From positions 1 through 53,184 of the forward strand of contig NW_014040298.1 in NCBI RefSeq assembly GCF_001186125.1: 53,184 nt of DNA. Reading direction: 5' to 3'. The first letter of the stretch is position 1; every line of letters begins with the position of its first letter. The DNA comes from Sphaeroforma arctica JP610 (Eukaryota). Below, piece by piece: positions 53,088 through 53,184 of this stretch. Position numbers and translations under genes: made by a program. Under the pieces are notes generated by a model, which saw only the letters and a program-made list of their open reading frames with translations, was not told the DNA's origin and made no database searches.

Positions 53088-53184
53088 CTACGTTGAGAGG
53101 GGCATAATTGATATAAATATATACAGGAATATGCCGTTTTTAGGTACTCAATATAAATTTATAAAACATATATATATATATATA

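Overview
This is an intron-rich, minisatellite-rich eukaryotic scaffold with three N-gaps and one lone N. The gene set and style suggest a unicellular opisthokont, possibly an ichthyosporean (inference only). Manual splice reconstruction with exon-phase checks gives six protein-coding loci: (1) CLEC16A/GOP-1 (minus, 821-19890, 5' end in a gap); (2) an R3HCC1/R3HCC1L-like protein with a 3.56-kb RD/RE/RS-rich exon (plus, 21256-28032); (3) the C-terminal part of a tRNA(Ile)-lysidine synthetase TilS-like protein (minus, 30731-33810); (4) glycerol kinase (plus, 34386-37692); (5) an intronless pogo/Tigger CENP-B-type ORF lacking its third catalytic Asp (plus, 39623-41443); (6) a ThrE/Prm10-family membrane exporter apparently spliced in frame to a C2-like domain and a long disordered tail (minus, about 43109-53087, 5' end outside the window). 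The most notable patterns are tandem arrays that repeatedly copy exon/intron junctions (donors, acceptors, stop codons), some with GT..AG-bounded units; TTTAGGG telomere-like inserts, some at duplication junctions; and two GC-AG introns. Most short ORFs in the six-frame track are repeat artefacts or partial exons. All family calls come from motif recognition by eye, not database searches.
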